NCBI GenBank assembly: GCA_965214705.1
Contig: CBDCCI010000002.1
Location: forward strand, 1,376,001-1,440,000
Origin: Alphaproteobacteria bacterium
GTDB taxonomy: Bacteria > Pseudomonadota > Alphaproteobacteria > UBA828
Direction of reading: 5' to 3'
Length of the DNA: 64,000 nucleotides
In this document: positions 27,989 through 36,811 of the stretch, piece by piece
Position numbering within the stretch: position 1 is the first letter of the stretch
Layout: each line of letters starts with the position of its first letter
Position numbers and translations under genes: made by a program
Notes under the pieces: generated by a model
What the model was told of the DNA's origin: nothing
The model's input: only the letters and a program-made list of their open reading frames with translations
Databases searched by the model: none

Positions 27989-30538
27989 ATGCGTGAAGCC
28001 TGGGGCAAATTCGACGGTGAGAAGACTCATCCACTCGCACATCACTGCATAGATGTCGCCGCGGTCTTTGCGCGGATGATCGAACTGCCGGTCGTTCGAG
28101 ACCGGTTGGATAAGGCGGTCGGAGTGCCGCTGGACGACGTGCAACGACACCGGCTGTCGGCGTTGGTGTTCCTGCACGACATCGGGAAGCTGCATCCGGG
28201 ATTTCAGGCCAAGGGCTGGCCAAACGGGGCATGGTCCGGTCCGGTGCGTGGCCACCTGAAGGAAAGCTGGGCGTTCTTGACGCTCGCCCTCAAGTGGCCG
28301 GAGCATCCATTCAATGGGACGATGCACCGGATAATGACATGGGGCGAGGCGGTCGGCCCTCTCCTCGCCGCAGCGGTCGCGCACCACGGCCGACCCGTGT
28401 CGCCGCCGGCCGGCCCGACGCTCATGGACTGGGATGGGCGATCGTTGCTTCACTACGATTGGCGAGCGGAGGCACGGACGATAGCCGACGCGTTTACCCA
28501 GTGGTTTGCCGGAGCCTTCGATACGGCCGCGGAGCCGTTACCGGATACTCCCCGGTTCCACCATGCGGTCGCCGGACTCGCCGCCCTTGCCGACTGGATC
28601 GGATCGGACCAGCGGTTTTTCGAGTTCCAGGCGCCATTCGATCCATGCTACGACGTCACCGCACATCGTCAGGCGGCACAGGCGCTAAGTACGGTTGGCT
28701 TGGATGTTCGCACGCTTGCCGACGGGTCTGCGCCCGAATTCACGAAGATGACGGGTTTCGCGGCGCCGAGGCCCGCGCAGGACGTAGCGGGTGCGGTGGG
28801 GGCCGAGGCCCGACTGGTCATCCTCGAAGCCGAGACCGGATCGGGCAAGACCGAAGCTGCGCTGTGGCGGTTCGCTCAACTCTTTGCGGCAGGCAAGGTT
28901 TCCGGTCTCTATTTCGCTGTGCCCACGCGCGCGGCGGCGCGCCAGTTACACCGGCGCGTCGTCGAGACGATGCAGCGCACTTTCGGCGAGGACGCGCCGG
29001 AGCCAGTACTGGCCATCCCCGGCATGTTGCGGGCGGGTGAGTTCGACGGCCATCGCCTACCCGGATGGGAGGTGCGATGGGACGACGACAGGGATACGGC
29101 TCCCCGACGTTGGGCGGCCGAACACGCGACCCGATTTCTTGCCGCGACGATTGCCGTGGGCACGGTGGACCAAGCGATGCTCGCGGGCCTTCGAGTCAAG
29201 CACGCGCATCTGCGGGGCAGTGCGCTCAGTCGTAGCATACTGGTGATCGACGAGGTTCATGCTTCCGATGCCTACATGACAGAAGTCCTGAAGCGGCTTC
29301 TTGATGGACATCTCGCGGCCGGCGGATATGCGATGCTGATGTCCGCCACACTCGGCGCGCGAGCACGAGTCCGCTGGACTGGTGAAGCCTTGCCAGACTT
29401 CACGACCGCTCACGCGTTGCCCTATCCAGCGGTCTGGGTGAAGGGGGAACTCGAACCACGTGCCGTCGGCGAAGCGGAGCGCCCAAAGACGGCGCACTTG
29501 GAGACCGTGCCTACGATGGACGCGGTGACGGCGGCGGCGCGGGCTATCTCAGCGGCAGAGCACGGCGCTCGGGTCCTGGTAATCCGCAATACGGTGGCCG
29601 CGGCGGTGGCGACGTGGCGTGCGGTTCTGGAGGCCGAAGCGGAATCCCTGCTCATGCAGGTCGAAGGACATTCTGCGTTGCATCATGGACGGTTCGCCGC
29701 AGAGGACCGCCTCCTCCTGGATCGAGCCGTGGAGGCGGCACTGAAACCGGAACAAGACCGGGAATGCAAAGGCTGCATCGTCATTGGCACGCAGACACTG
29801 GAACAATCCCTCGATATTGACGCCGATTTTCTCGTTACCGACTTGTGTCCGATGGATGTGCTGCTGCAACGGATCGGTCGGCTTCACCGGCATGACATTC
29901 GCCGGCGACCGTCAGACTTCGATAATGCCCGCGTCGCATTGCTGTTACCTGAGGATGGGCTGGACCCACTCGCGAAACCAGCGTTCAAGAACGGACTTGG
30001 CGCGTGGGAGACGCCGGAGGGTATTAACGGGATCTATCGCGATCTCGCGGGGCTCGAGCTGACTTCGCGAGCAATCGCAAAGAATCGGAAATGGCGGATA
30101 CCGCAGATGAACCGTGCGCTGGTCGAGGGTGCTACCCATCCCGAGCACATCGACGCGCTGATCGAAGAGAAGGGCCAGGGCTGGAAGCGTTACGAGAGAA
30201 AGGTCGGCGGTGCGGCCTTGGCCGAAGGCATGATCGCCGAGCTCAACTCCCTGGACCGTGAGGAGCGGTTCGAAGACGCGATCTTTCCCGATTCGGACGA
30301 ACGGATCATTACACGGCTCGGAGAGGAGGGAATCGTGCTGAGGCTCGATCCGCCGCCTGTCGGCCCGTTCGGTCGTTGCATAAGTCGTATTGCCCTGCTG
30401 GCACGCTGGTCCCGCGGCATCGGTATTGACGAACCCGTGGAGATATGCGCCGAAGCGGAGAGTCTTGTCCTGTCGCTCGGGGGTAGGCGGTTCCGCTATT
30501 CGCGAGAGGGGTTGGCAGTCGAAACGGGACGGCCTTGA
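27989..30538 (+). CDS. cas3: Type I-E Cas3 HD nuclease-helicase
   Basis: HPLAHHCIDV, LHDIGK, LADWIGS, AETGSGKT, IDEVH, MSAT, GTQTLEQSLDID and QRIGRLHRH. Confidence 0.95.
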   Translation: MREAWGKFDGEKTHPLAHHCIDVAAVFARMIELPVVRDRLDKAVGVPLDDVQRHRLSALVFLHDIGKLHPGFQAKGWPNGAWSGPVRGHLKESWAFLTLALKWPEHPFNGTMHRIMTWGEAVGPLLAAAVAHHGRPVSPPAGPTLMDWDGRSLLHYDWRAEARTIADAFTQWFAGAFDTAAEPLPDTPRFHHAVAGLAALADWIGSDQRFFEFQAPFDPCYDVTAHRQAAQALSTVGLDVRTLADGSAPEFTKMTGFAAPRPAQDVAGAVGAEARLVILEAETGSGKTEAALWRFAQLFAAGKVSGLYFAVPTRAAARQLHRRVVETMQRTFGEDAPEPVLAIPGMLRAGEFDGHRLPGWEVRWDDDRDTAPRRWAAEHATRFLAATIAVGTVDQAMLAGLRVKHAHLRGSALSRSILVIDEVHASDAYMTEVLKRLLDGHLAAGGYAMLMSATLGARARVRWTGEALPDFTTAHALPYPAVWVKGELEPRAVGEAERPKTAHLETVPTMDAVTAAARAISAAEHGARVLVIRNTVAAAVATWRAVLEAEAESLLMQVEGHSALHHGRFAAEDRLLLDRAVEAALKPEQDRECKGCIVIGTQTLEQSLDIDADFLVTDLCPMDVLLQRIGRLHRHDIRRRPSDFDNARVALLLPEDGLDPLAKPAFKNGLGAWETPEGINGIYRDLAGLELTSRAIAKNRKWRIPQMNRALVEGATHPEHIDALIEEKGQGWKRYERKVGGAALAEGMIAELNSLDREERFEDAIFPDSDERIITRLGEEGIVLRLDPPPVGPFGRCISRIALLARWSRGIGIDEPVEICAEAESLVLSLGGRRFRYSREGLAVETGRP

Positions 30539-30563
30539 CAAGAGGCGAGCGAGTTCCTAGTGT
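30535..30563 (+). promoter_or_regulatory. Sigma70-type promoter for the cascade operon
   Basis: TTGACA (30535-30540), 17-nt spacer, TAGTGT (30558-30563). Confidence 0.7.
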
Positions 30564-30614
30564 TTCCAAAACAGTGTAACTGGCAGAAGATCATCTTCCC
30601 TAGGAGATCCCACG

Positions 30615-30830
30615 ATGCGCTTCAGCATAGGTCTTGGTTTAGGGGTCGATTGGCGACGCGACAGCCATGTCAACCACCGCTGGACGGCACTTGTGATGCT
30701 GGCGCTTAGCGCCATATGTTATCCCCGAAGCTGGATTCGGGATAGACCTAGTGTGACTGGTACGCCCGTGTCGCACCGGATGGATTCCCCGTTGACTGCG
30801 GGGGTGAGAAGGGACCGGATCGGCGAATGA
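30615..30830 (+). CDS. Putative 71-aa leader ORF overlapping the CRISPR-like mini-array
   Basis: AGGAG at 30602-30606. Its stop overlaps the cse1 start (ATGA). No recognisable family. Confidence 0.35.
   Translation: MRFSIGLGLGVDWRRDSHVNHRWTALVMLALSAICYPRSWIRDRPSVTGTPVSHRMDSPLTAGVRRDRIGE
30718..30811 (+). ncRNA. CRISPR-like regulatory RNA (CreR/CreA-type mini-array)
   Basis: Pseudo-repeat GTTATCCCCGAAGCTGGATTCGGGATAGACCT, a 32-nt spacer at 30750-30781, and pseudo-repeat GGATTCCCCGTTGACTGCGGGGGTGAGAAG. The spacer 5' end matches 30573-30585 next to AAC. Confidence 0.8.
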
Positions 30831-32371
30831 ATCTCATTTCCGATCCGATCCTGACCCTTGCCGGTCGTACCAGGGCTTCGCTCCCCGGTCTGCTCGCGGC
30901 GATGGCGTGCCGCGAGGTGCGGGGATTTCCGGCGCTGCGTCCACACCAGCGGCCAGCTTGGCACATGTTTCTTGTTCAGCTCGCTGCCCTAGCGCTCTGG
31001 ACGGCTGGCCGCGACGATCAGCCCCTCGACGTCGAATCCTGGGCCGAGACCCTACGTGGGCTGACGGCGGACCATCCGGACGACTCGCCCTGGCGATTAG
31101 CGGTTGCGGATCGGAGCAAGCCCGCCTTCATGCAGGCCCCGGCACCGGACGGATTGAAGTGGTCCGAGGTCCCCACGCCCGACGCACTCGACATGCTCAT
31201 CACCGCGCGCAATCACGACTTGAAGCAGGCGGTCGCGCGGCAGGCGACGGCCGAAGATTGGGTCTACGCCCTGGTGTCGCTGCAGACCTGCGAAGGATAC
31301 GGCGGTAGAGGGAACAACGGGATTGCGCGCATGAACGGCGGTTCGTCCAGCCGCCCGTTGCTGGGCCTCGCGCCGACCCGCGGAGAGGACATGTCCATCA
31401 ATCCCTCAGCTTGGTGGGCGCGGGACGTGAAGCTGTTGTTGGCTGCACGGGAGAAGGGCGCGCATGGCCAACTCGGCACGCAGGGCGGACCGGCACTGCT
31501 TTGGTGCCTCGACTGGCCGGAGGGCCGACAGCTCGACATTCGCACACTCGATCCCTGGTTCATCGAGACTTGCCGCCGCGTGCGCTTGACAGAGTCGGGC
31601 GGGCGGCTATCGGCGCACCGCGCTACTTCTAATGGAACGCGCATCGACGCAAAAGCGCTCAGGGGCAATACCGGCGATCCCTGGACGCCGGTCGACAACA
31701 GTGGCAAGAGCCTGACCCTCAGCGAGAGTGGCGACTTCCACTATCGCCGCCTCTACGACTTGCTGTTCTCCGGCAATTGGAACAGGCCGCTTCTCGCTTG
31801 TCCAGGGGACGACGAGACCGTTGACATGCTCGTCGTGGCGGAGGCGTTCGCGCGCGGCAACAGCAAGACCGGGGGCTTCAAGTCGCGCGTGGTGCCGGTG
31901 CCGGGAAGAGTCTTGCCGCTATTCTCGTCCGGCGATATCGGCAGACTTGCCTCGGAGCAGCTAAAGGAGATCGAGAGCTTCGACAAGGCGCTGGCATATG
32001 CACTCGCGTTGACGGCTGCGGGCGGCAAGACCGAAGACGGCGCCGTTGGAAAAAAACACTTCGCTCATGCCGGCCCCGCCCGAAAGCGCTTCGATCAGGC
32101 CGCCGACCGGCTCTTCTTTCCGAGCCTGTGGCGTCGGACCGGCGCGGCAACCGAAAGCGACGACGCGGCCTTCGAGGCGAGGCGGGCATTCCTTGCCGAT
32201 CTGTGGGAATCGGCGAAGACCGAGTTCGAGGCGGCGCTGCCGTCCATCCCCTGCCCGACGGCCTTGCGTCCGAGGGCTGAGGCACGAGCACGGCGGGCGC
32301 TCCGTAACCGAGTATGGAAACACTACTACCCCGAGTTGTTCGACCGGGAGGGGGCCGATGACGCTGTCTGA
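30827..32371 (+). CDS. cas8e: Cas8e/Cse1 (CasA)
   Basis: MNLISDPIL start, PAFMQ and GNTGDPW motifs, and first position in a I-E cascade operon. Confidence 0.88.
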   Translation: MNLISDPILTLAGRTRASLPGLLAAMACREVRGFPALRPHQRPAWHMFLVQLAALALWTAGRDDQPLDVESWAETLRGLTADHPDDSPWRLAVADRSKPAFMQAPAPDGLKWSEVPTPDALDMLITARNHDLKQAVARQATAEDWVYALVSLQTCEGYGGRGNNGIARMNGGSSSRPLLGLAPTRGEDMSINPSAWWARDVKLLLAAREKGAHGQLGTQGGPALLWCLDWPEGRQLDIRTLDPWFIETCRRVRLTESGGRLSAHRATSNGTRIDAKALRGNTGDPWTPVDNSGKSLTLSESGDFHYRRLYDLLFSGNWNRPLLACPGDDETVDMLVVAEAFARGNSKTGGFKSRVVPVPGRVLPLFSSGDIGRLASEQLKEIESFDKALAYALALTAAGGKTEDGAVGKKHFAHAGPARKRFDQAADRLFFPSLWRRTGAATESDDAAFEARRAFLADLWESAKTEFEAALPSIPCPTALRPRAEARARRALRNRVWKHYYPELFDREGADDAV

Positions 32372-32939
32372 CGACAAACAGGCGGAAGCCGCGTGCGCCG
32401 CCGCCAAGAGGTTGCAGCACCTACCGCCTGGTCCACTTGCCGAATTGCGCCTGATGACCGAAGAGGCGGCAGCGCCGGAATTCTGGCGACTGGCCGCGCG
32501 GCATCCCGACACCATCGGAAATCGAAAGCAATACCCCGAATGGACTGCCATCGTGCGCGTCCTTGCGATCCTCACGAAGAAGGGCAATCCCGCCAGGCGG
32601 CGTCCTCTGCACGATCGTCGACGCTCTCTCGGTGAAGTGTTGTGTGACGGAGGCGACCAGAAATGGCCACCGCCGGGCGGTGGACCTCCCAGACCCGTGT
32701 TCAGCGAACGGCGTCTCGCGCAACTTATGGCAGCGCGTGGGCCGCAGCGCGCGGTCCTGCTGACGCGCGCGGCCCGCGCCCTGGCCCGAAGCCGCGACCC
32801 AAGCGGCGGCATCAATGTCGTCGATATCGCCTATACACTGTTGGCGCCCGATAACCGACGTCAACTGGCCGAACCCTACTACCGCCGGCTCGACCGCGCA
32901 GAGCTCGCCGCCCAGGAATCAGAGGAAGGAACGGAATGA
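32358..32939 (+). CDS. cse2: Cas11/Cse2 (CasB)
   Basis: PGPLAELR, FSERRLAQL and LAEPYY, plus operon position. Confidence 0.85.
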   Translation: MTLSDDKQAEAACAAAKRLQHLPPGPLAELRLMTEEAAAPEFWRLAARHPDTIGNRKQYPEWTAIVRVLAILTKKGNPARRRPLHDRRRSLGEVLCDGGDQKWPPPGGGPPRPVFSERRLAQLMAARGPQRAVLLTRAARALARSRDPSGGINVVDIAYTLLAPDNRRQLAEPYYRRLDRAELAAQESEEGTE

Positions 32940-34066
32940 TGACCCGTCCCCGTTTTCTGCAAGTTCACACCTTGACCTCCTATACAGCCGCGCTGCTCAA
33001 CCGCGACGACAGCGGATTGGCCAAGCGGTTACCCTACGGCGGAGCGCTGCGCACGCGGATTTCCTCACAGTGCTTGAAACGGCATTGGCGCATCGCCGAT
33101 GATCCGCACGCGCTGGACAGGATTGACGGGGCGACTGCAGCGTTCCGTTCGCGCGAGTTGGTCACACGCAAGGTCATCGGTCCCTTGCGCGATAACTTCT
33201 CCGAGGACGTTGTCGCGGCTCTTGAAGGCGAATTTCAATTGGCGGTCTATGGTGACAAGGGCGGCGACAGGGCGAGCCGCCAGACCCTGTTGTTGGGCGA
33301 GCCAGAGCTGAATTGGCTCAAGAACCAGGCCGAGGATTTGGCGCAACAGGCGTCGGGCGATGCGAAAGCGGCGGCAGACGGCGCTCAGAAATGGCGAAAG
33401 GATTTCCAGGCGAACATCAAGACGATGCGCGACGGCGCATCGCTGCCTGCCGGCTTGGTCTCCGCGTTGTTCGGGCGCATGGTCACATCCGATCCGGAAG
33501 CCAACATCACCGCGCCCGTGCATGTCGCCCACGCCTTCACCGTCCACGAGGAAGAGCCGGAGAGCGACTACTTCACGGCGGTCGACGACCTTGGGGAGGA
33601 CGAGCCCGGTGCAGACACGATCCAGGAGACCGAACTCACTTCCGGCCTGTTCTATGGCTACGTCGCGGTCGATCTGTCCGGCCTCGCGACAAATCTCGGC
33701 GGCGACACCGGCATGGCGGGCAGCGTGCTGCACAATCTCGTCTACCTCATCGCCGAGGTCTCACCCGGCGCCAAGCTGGGCTCGACCGCCCCTTACGGCC
33801 GGGCAGCCCTAATTCTACTGGAGGCCGGCGACCGGCAGCCGCGCAGCCTCGCCGAGGCATACCGGACACCTTGCGCTCCGCACGTGGGCCCGGCCATCGA
33901 GGCGCTCACGAATCATCTCGTCGCGCTCGACCAAGCCTACGCCACCAGCGAGGAGCGGCGGACGATGTCGCTGGCGAACGAGACCAATGTCCCTGGCGCC
34001 GAGCGCGGTACGCTGGCCGATTTGGCCGAATGGGCCCGAACCCTGCCGGAAAGGGCTATGCCGTGA
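32936..34066 (+). CDS. cas7: Cas7/Cse4 (CasC)
   Basis: LNRDDSGLAK, RISSQCLKR, ALFGRM, VAHAFTVH and DYFTAVDD. Confidence 0.95.
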   Translation: MMTRPRFLQVHTLTSYTAALLNRDDSGLAKRLPYGGALRTRISSQCLKRHWRIADDPHALDRIDGATAAFRSRELVTRKVIGPLRDNFSEDVVAALEGEFQLAVYGDKGGDRASRQTLLLGEPELNWLKNQAEDLAQQASGDAKAAADGAQKWRKDFQANIKTMRDGASLPAGLVSALFGRMVTSDPEANITAPVHVAHAFTVHEEEPESDYFTAVDDLGEDEPGADTIQETELTSGLFYGYVAVDLSGLATNLGGDTGMAGSVLHNLVYLIAEVSPGAKLGSTAPYGRAALILLEAGDRQPRSLAEAYRTPCAPHVGPAIEALTNHLVALDQAYATSEERRTMSLANETNVPGAERGTLADLAEWARTLPERAMP

Positions 34067-34785
34067 CGCACCGCTGGCTGGTCCTGCGCCTTGAAGCGCC
34101 CCTGATGGCCTTTGGCGGCGTGGCCATCGACCAGGTCGGCCCGACGCGGAACTTCCCGGCCGCCTCGATACTGACAGGACTGATAGGCAACGCACTTGGC
34201 TGGCACTGGTCGGACCGGGACGCGCATCAGGCGACGCAGGATCGGTTGGTCTTCGCGGCCCGTTGCGACCGGGAGGGTGCAGTGTTGACCGACGCGCAGA
34301 ATGTGCAACTCGCCGGGAACGACAAGGGCTGGACGACCCATGGTGCACCGGAGGGACGGACAGGTGCCAGTTACGACGCGCCGCACAGGCGGTTCCGAGA
34401 CTACTTAGCCGACGCATCGCTGCGCATCGTCCTGCGTCTGGATCCGGTCGAGGAAGCGCCGACTCTAGTCGCGGTGGCGGAGGCAATCGACCGACCCGCG
34501 CGGCCGCTGTTCCTGGGGCGCAAGCCGTGCCTGCCCTCAGCGCTGCTGCTAGAGAGTGGAGACGAGCGGTGGGTGAGCGCCGGCAACGCTTGGGAAGCAC
34601 TCCGCGCCGTACCCGGTGCCGGAACGCCAGCGCGCGCCCAATGGCCCTCCGGCCAGGGGCCTGAGTCGGGTGACAACGTGGATCGCATTGCCGATTTGGC
34701 CGACCTGCGGAACTGGCGCACCGGCCTGCACGGCGGGACGCGCCGGGTGGTGGAGGGTTGGATCGTTCCGGCCGCGGCGGCATGA
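34063..34785 (+). CDS. cas5: Cas5e (CasD)
   Basis: LRLEAPLMAFG, GLIGNALG, RDYLADA and LFLGRKPCLPS, with a GTG start overlapping the cas7 stop. Confidence 0.93.
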   Translation: MTHRWLVLRLEAPLMAFGGVAIDQVGPTRNFPAASILTGLIGNALGWHWSDRDAHQATQDRLVFAARCDREGAVLTDAQNVQLAGNDKGWTTHGAPEGRTGASYDAPHRRFRDYLADASLRIVLRLDPVEEAPTLVAVAEAIDRPARPLFLGRKPCLPSALLLESGDERWVSAGNAWEALRAVPGAGTPARAQWPSGQGPESGDNVDRIADLADLRNWRTGLHGGTRRVVEGWIVPAAAA

Positions 34786-35561
34786 CGACGTTCCATCTGG
34801 TCCGCGCTCCCGTCGACACCGGCCGCTTGGCCCGATGGGCCGACGAACGCGGTTGGGCCGGGTTGAAAGGCTCCGTGTATGACGAAGGCCGCGCCCTGCA
34901 CCATCTCGTGACCGAAGTCTGGGGACCGGGAGTCCTCCCCTGCTTCAGGTTTCTCGTCCCGCCCCGCCGACGGGCCGGCAATCTCTACGCGTACTCGGCA
35001 ATGGACGCGGAAGACTTGCGCGCAGCGGCGGACGTCCAGGCCCCGCCGGAACACCTGAAGGTCCTGTGCCTCGACGGGCTGGAGAGCAAGCTGATGCCGG
35101 CGGACTGGCGCGCGGGGCAACGGTTGGGCTTCGATCTGCGGGCTCGACCGATCCGACGCCTGCGGCGCGACCTGAACGGCCCGAGAGAGCGGGTCCCCGC
35201 TGGACGCGAGGTCGATGCGTTCCTGGTAGAGGCCTTGCGCGGCCACCCCGAAGCGCCGGACGGCATGAGCAACGAGGGCCGGACACGGCAGGAGGTCTAT
35301 CTCGACTGGCTGGCCGAACGGCTTACCCCCACGGCCACGCTCGACCGTTCAGCAACTCATCTTGTTCGTTTCAGGCGCCAGCGGGTCGCACGAGAGAATC
35401 GCGATTCTGAGGGGCCGGACGCCACCGTACACGGCGTTCTCGTCGTGGCCGATCCGACAGCGTTCTCCGCGCTACTGATGCGGGGCGTTGGGCGGCACCG
35501 AGCCTATGGCTACGGCATGCTGCTGCTGCGCCCGCCCGGCCGCCCGATTCCGGTGCGGTAG
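34782..35561 (+). CDS. cas6e: Cas6e/Cse3 (CasE)
   Basis: C-terminal Gly loop GVGRHRAYGYGMLLL, and GFDLRARP. Confidence 0.93.
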   Translation: MTTFHLVRAPVDTGRLARWADERGWAGLKGSVYDEGRALHHLVTEVWGPGVLPCFRFLVPPRRRAGNLYAYSAMDAEDLRAAADVQAPPEHLKVLCLDGLESKLMPADWRAGQRLGFDLRARPIRRLRRDLNGPRERVPAGREVDAFLVEALRGHPEAPDGMSNEGRTRQEVYLDWLAERLTPTATLDRSATHLVRFRRQRVARENRDSEGPDATVHGVLVVADPTAFSALLMRGVGRHRAYGYGMLLLRPPGRPIPVR

Positions 35562-36446
35562 ATGCTGAAGGGCCGGCTTGGACTCGACAGCGCCAAGGTC
35601 CCGCACAAGGATCGGGCCGGACTTCTCTATCTCGCGCGCGGCGCGTTGACAGCCAGAGACGGCACGCTCGCCTTCCTGCAAGGGCAAGCGACAGCGGCGG
35701 ACGCGCTCGGGCCCGGCGATTACGCGATCCCGCTTCAGGGAGTCTCGATGATTTTGCTCGGCCCTGGCTCCACGGTCAGCCATGACGCGTTGCGTCTACT
35801 TGCCTACGCCCGCACCGCGCTCGCGGCGGTGGGAGAGGACGGGGTTCGTCTCTACACCGCCCCTCCGCTGATTCCCGACCGCTCCGGCCTTGCGCGGCGG
35901 CAAGCGCGGCTGTGGGCCGACGACGCCAAGCGCATTGCCGTTGCCCGTCGAATGTACGCCTGGCGCCTGGGCGAAGTATTGCCGCATCGCTCGCTGGACG
36001 TGCTGCGCGGCATCGAGGGCGCGCGAATGAAGGAGAGTTATCGCCTGCACGCCCAGCGAGCCCGGATCGAGTGGCGTGGACGCCGCTATGATCGCGCCGA
36101 CCCGGGAGCGGCGGACCTGCCCAATCAGGCCCTCAACCACGCATCGAGCGCGGTCGAAGGCGCCGCTGCCATCGCTGTCGCCGCTACCGCGACGATCCCG
36201 CAGCTCGGTTTCATCCACGAGGACGCGGGGCAATCGTTCGTTCTGGACATCGCTGACCTTCATCGCGACACCATCACCATTCCCTGTGCTTTCCGTGCTG
36301 CCAAGCGAGTCGCCGAACGCCCCGACGAGAACATCGAGCGGCTTACCCGCCGGCTGACGGGGGAAACATTGGCACGCGAACATGTGATCCCAGCGATGAT
36401 CGAGCGAATAAGATCCCTCTTCGAGGAACCCTCCGGGGAGGAGTGA
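35562..36446 (+). CDS. cas1: Type I-E Cas1
   Basis: LLGPGSTVSHDAL, LRGIEGARMK, NQALN, LGFIH and FVLDIADL. Confidence 0.96.
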   Translation: MLKGRLGLDSAKVPHKDRAGLLYLARGALTARDGTLAFLQGQATAADALGPGDYAIPLQGVSMILLGPGSTVSHDALRLLAYARTALAAVGEDGVRLYTAPPLIPDRSGLARRQARLWADDAKRIAVARRMYAWRLGEVLPHRSLDVLRGIEGARMKESYRLHAQRARIEWRGRRYDRADPGAADLPNQALNHASSAVEGAAAIAVAATATIPQLGFIHEDAGQSFVLDIADLHRDTITIPCAFRAAKRVAERPDENIERLTRRLTGETLAREHVIPAMIERIRSLFEEPSGEE

Positions 36447-36754
36447 TCGGACGAATGGCCATGGCGATGGTCGTCACCCGCAACGTGGAAGCCCGCTATC
36501 GCGGCTTTCTGACCTCCGTCATGCTTGAAGTCGCACCCGGAGTCTACGTGGCACCCGACCTGTCGGCGGGCGTGCGGACACGAGTGTGGGACGTGTTGTC
36601 GGCCTGGTGGTCGGCACTGCGCAAAGGGTCGATCGTCCTGGTATGGAGAGACACAACAGCCGTTGGGAAATTGCGCATTCAGACGCTCGGCGAGCCTCCT
36701 AAAGAGATCGTGGACGCAGACGGTGTCCTTCTCGTAAAACGGCAAGGGGATTAG
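36443..36754 (+). CDS. cas2: Type I-E Cas2
   Basis: VVTRNVEARYRGFLTSVMLEVAPGVYV...IVDADGVLLV. Confidence 0.93.
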   Translation: MIGRMAMAMVVTRNVEARYRGFLTSVMLEVAPGVYVAPDLSAGVRTRVWDVLSAWWSALRKGSIVLVWRDTTAVGKLRIQTLGEPPKEIVDADGVLLVKRQGD

Positions 36755-36811
36755 CGCATATCACCCGCTGCTCTTTGACATTGTAAATATATCAAGGGGT
36801 TGATCGCTAGA
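36755..36811 (+). promoter_or_regulatory. CRISPR leader with IHF consensus site
   Basis: AT-rich. TATCAAGGGGTTG (36790-36802) fits WATCAANNNNTTR and ends 9 nt before repeat 1. Confidence 0.75.
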
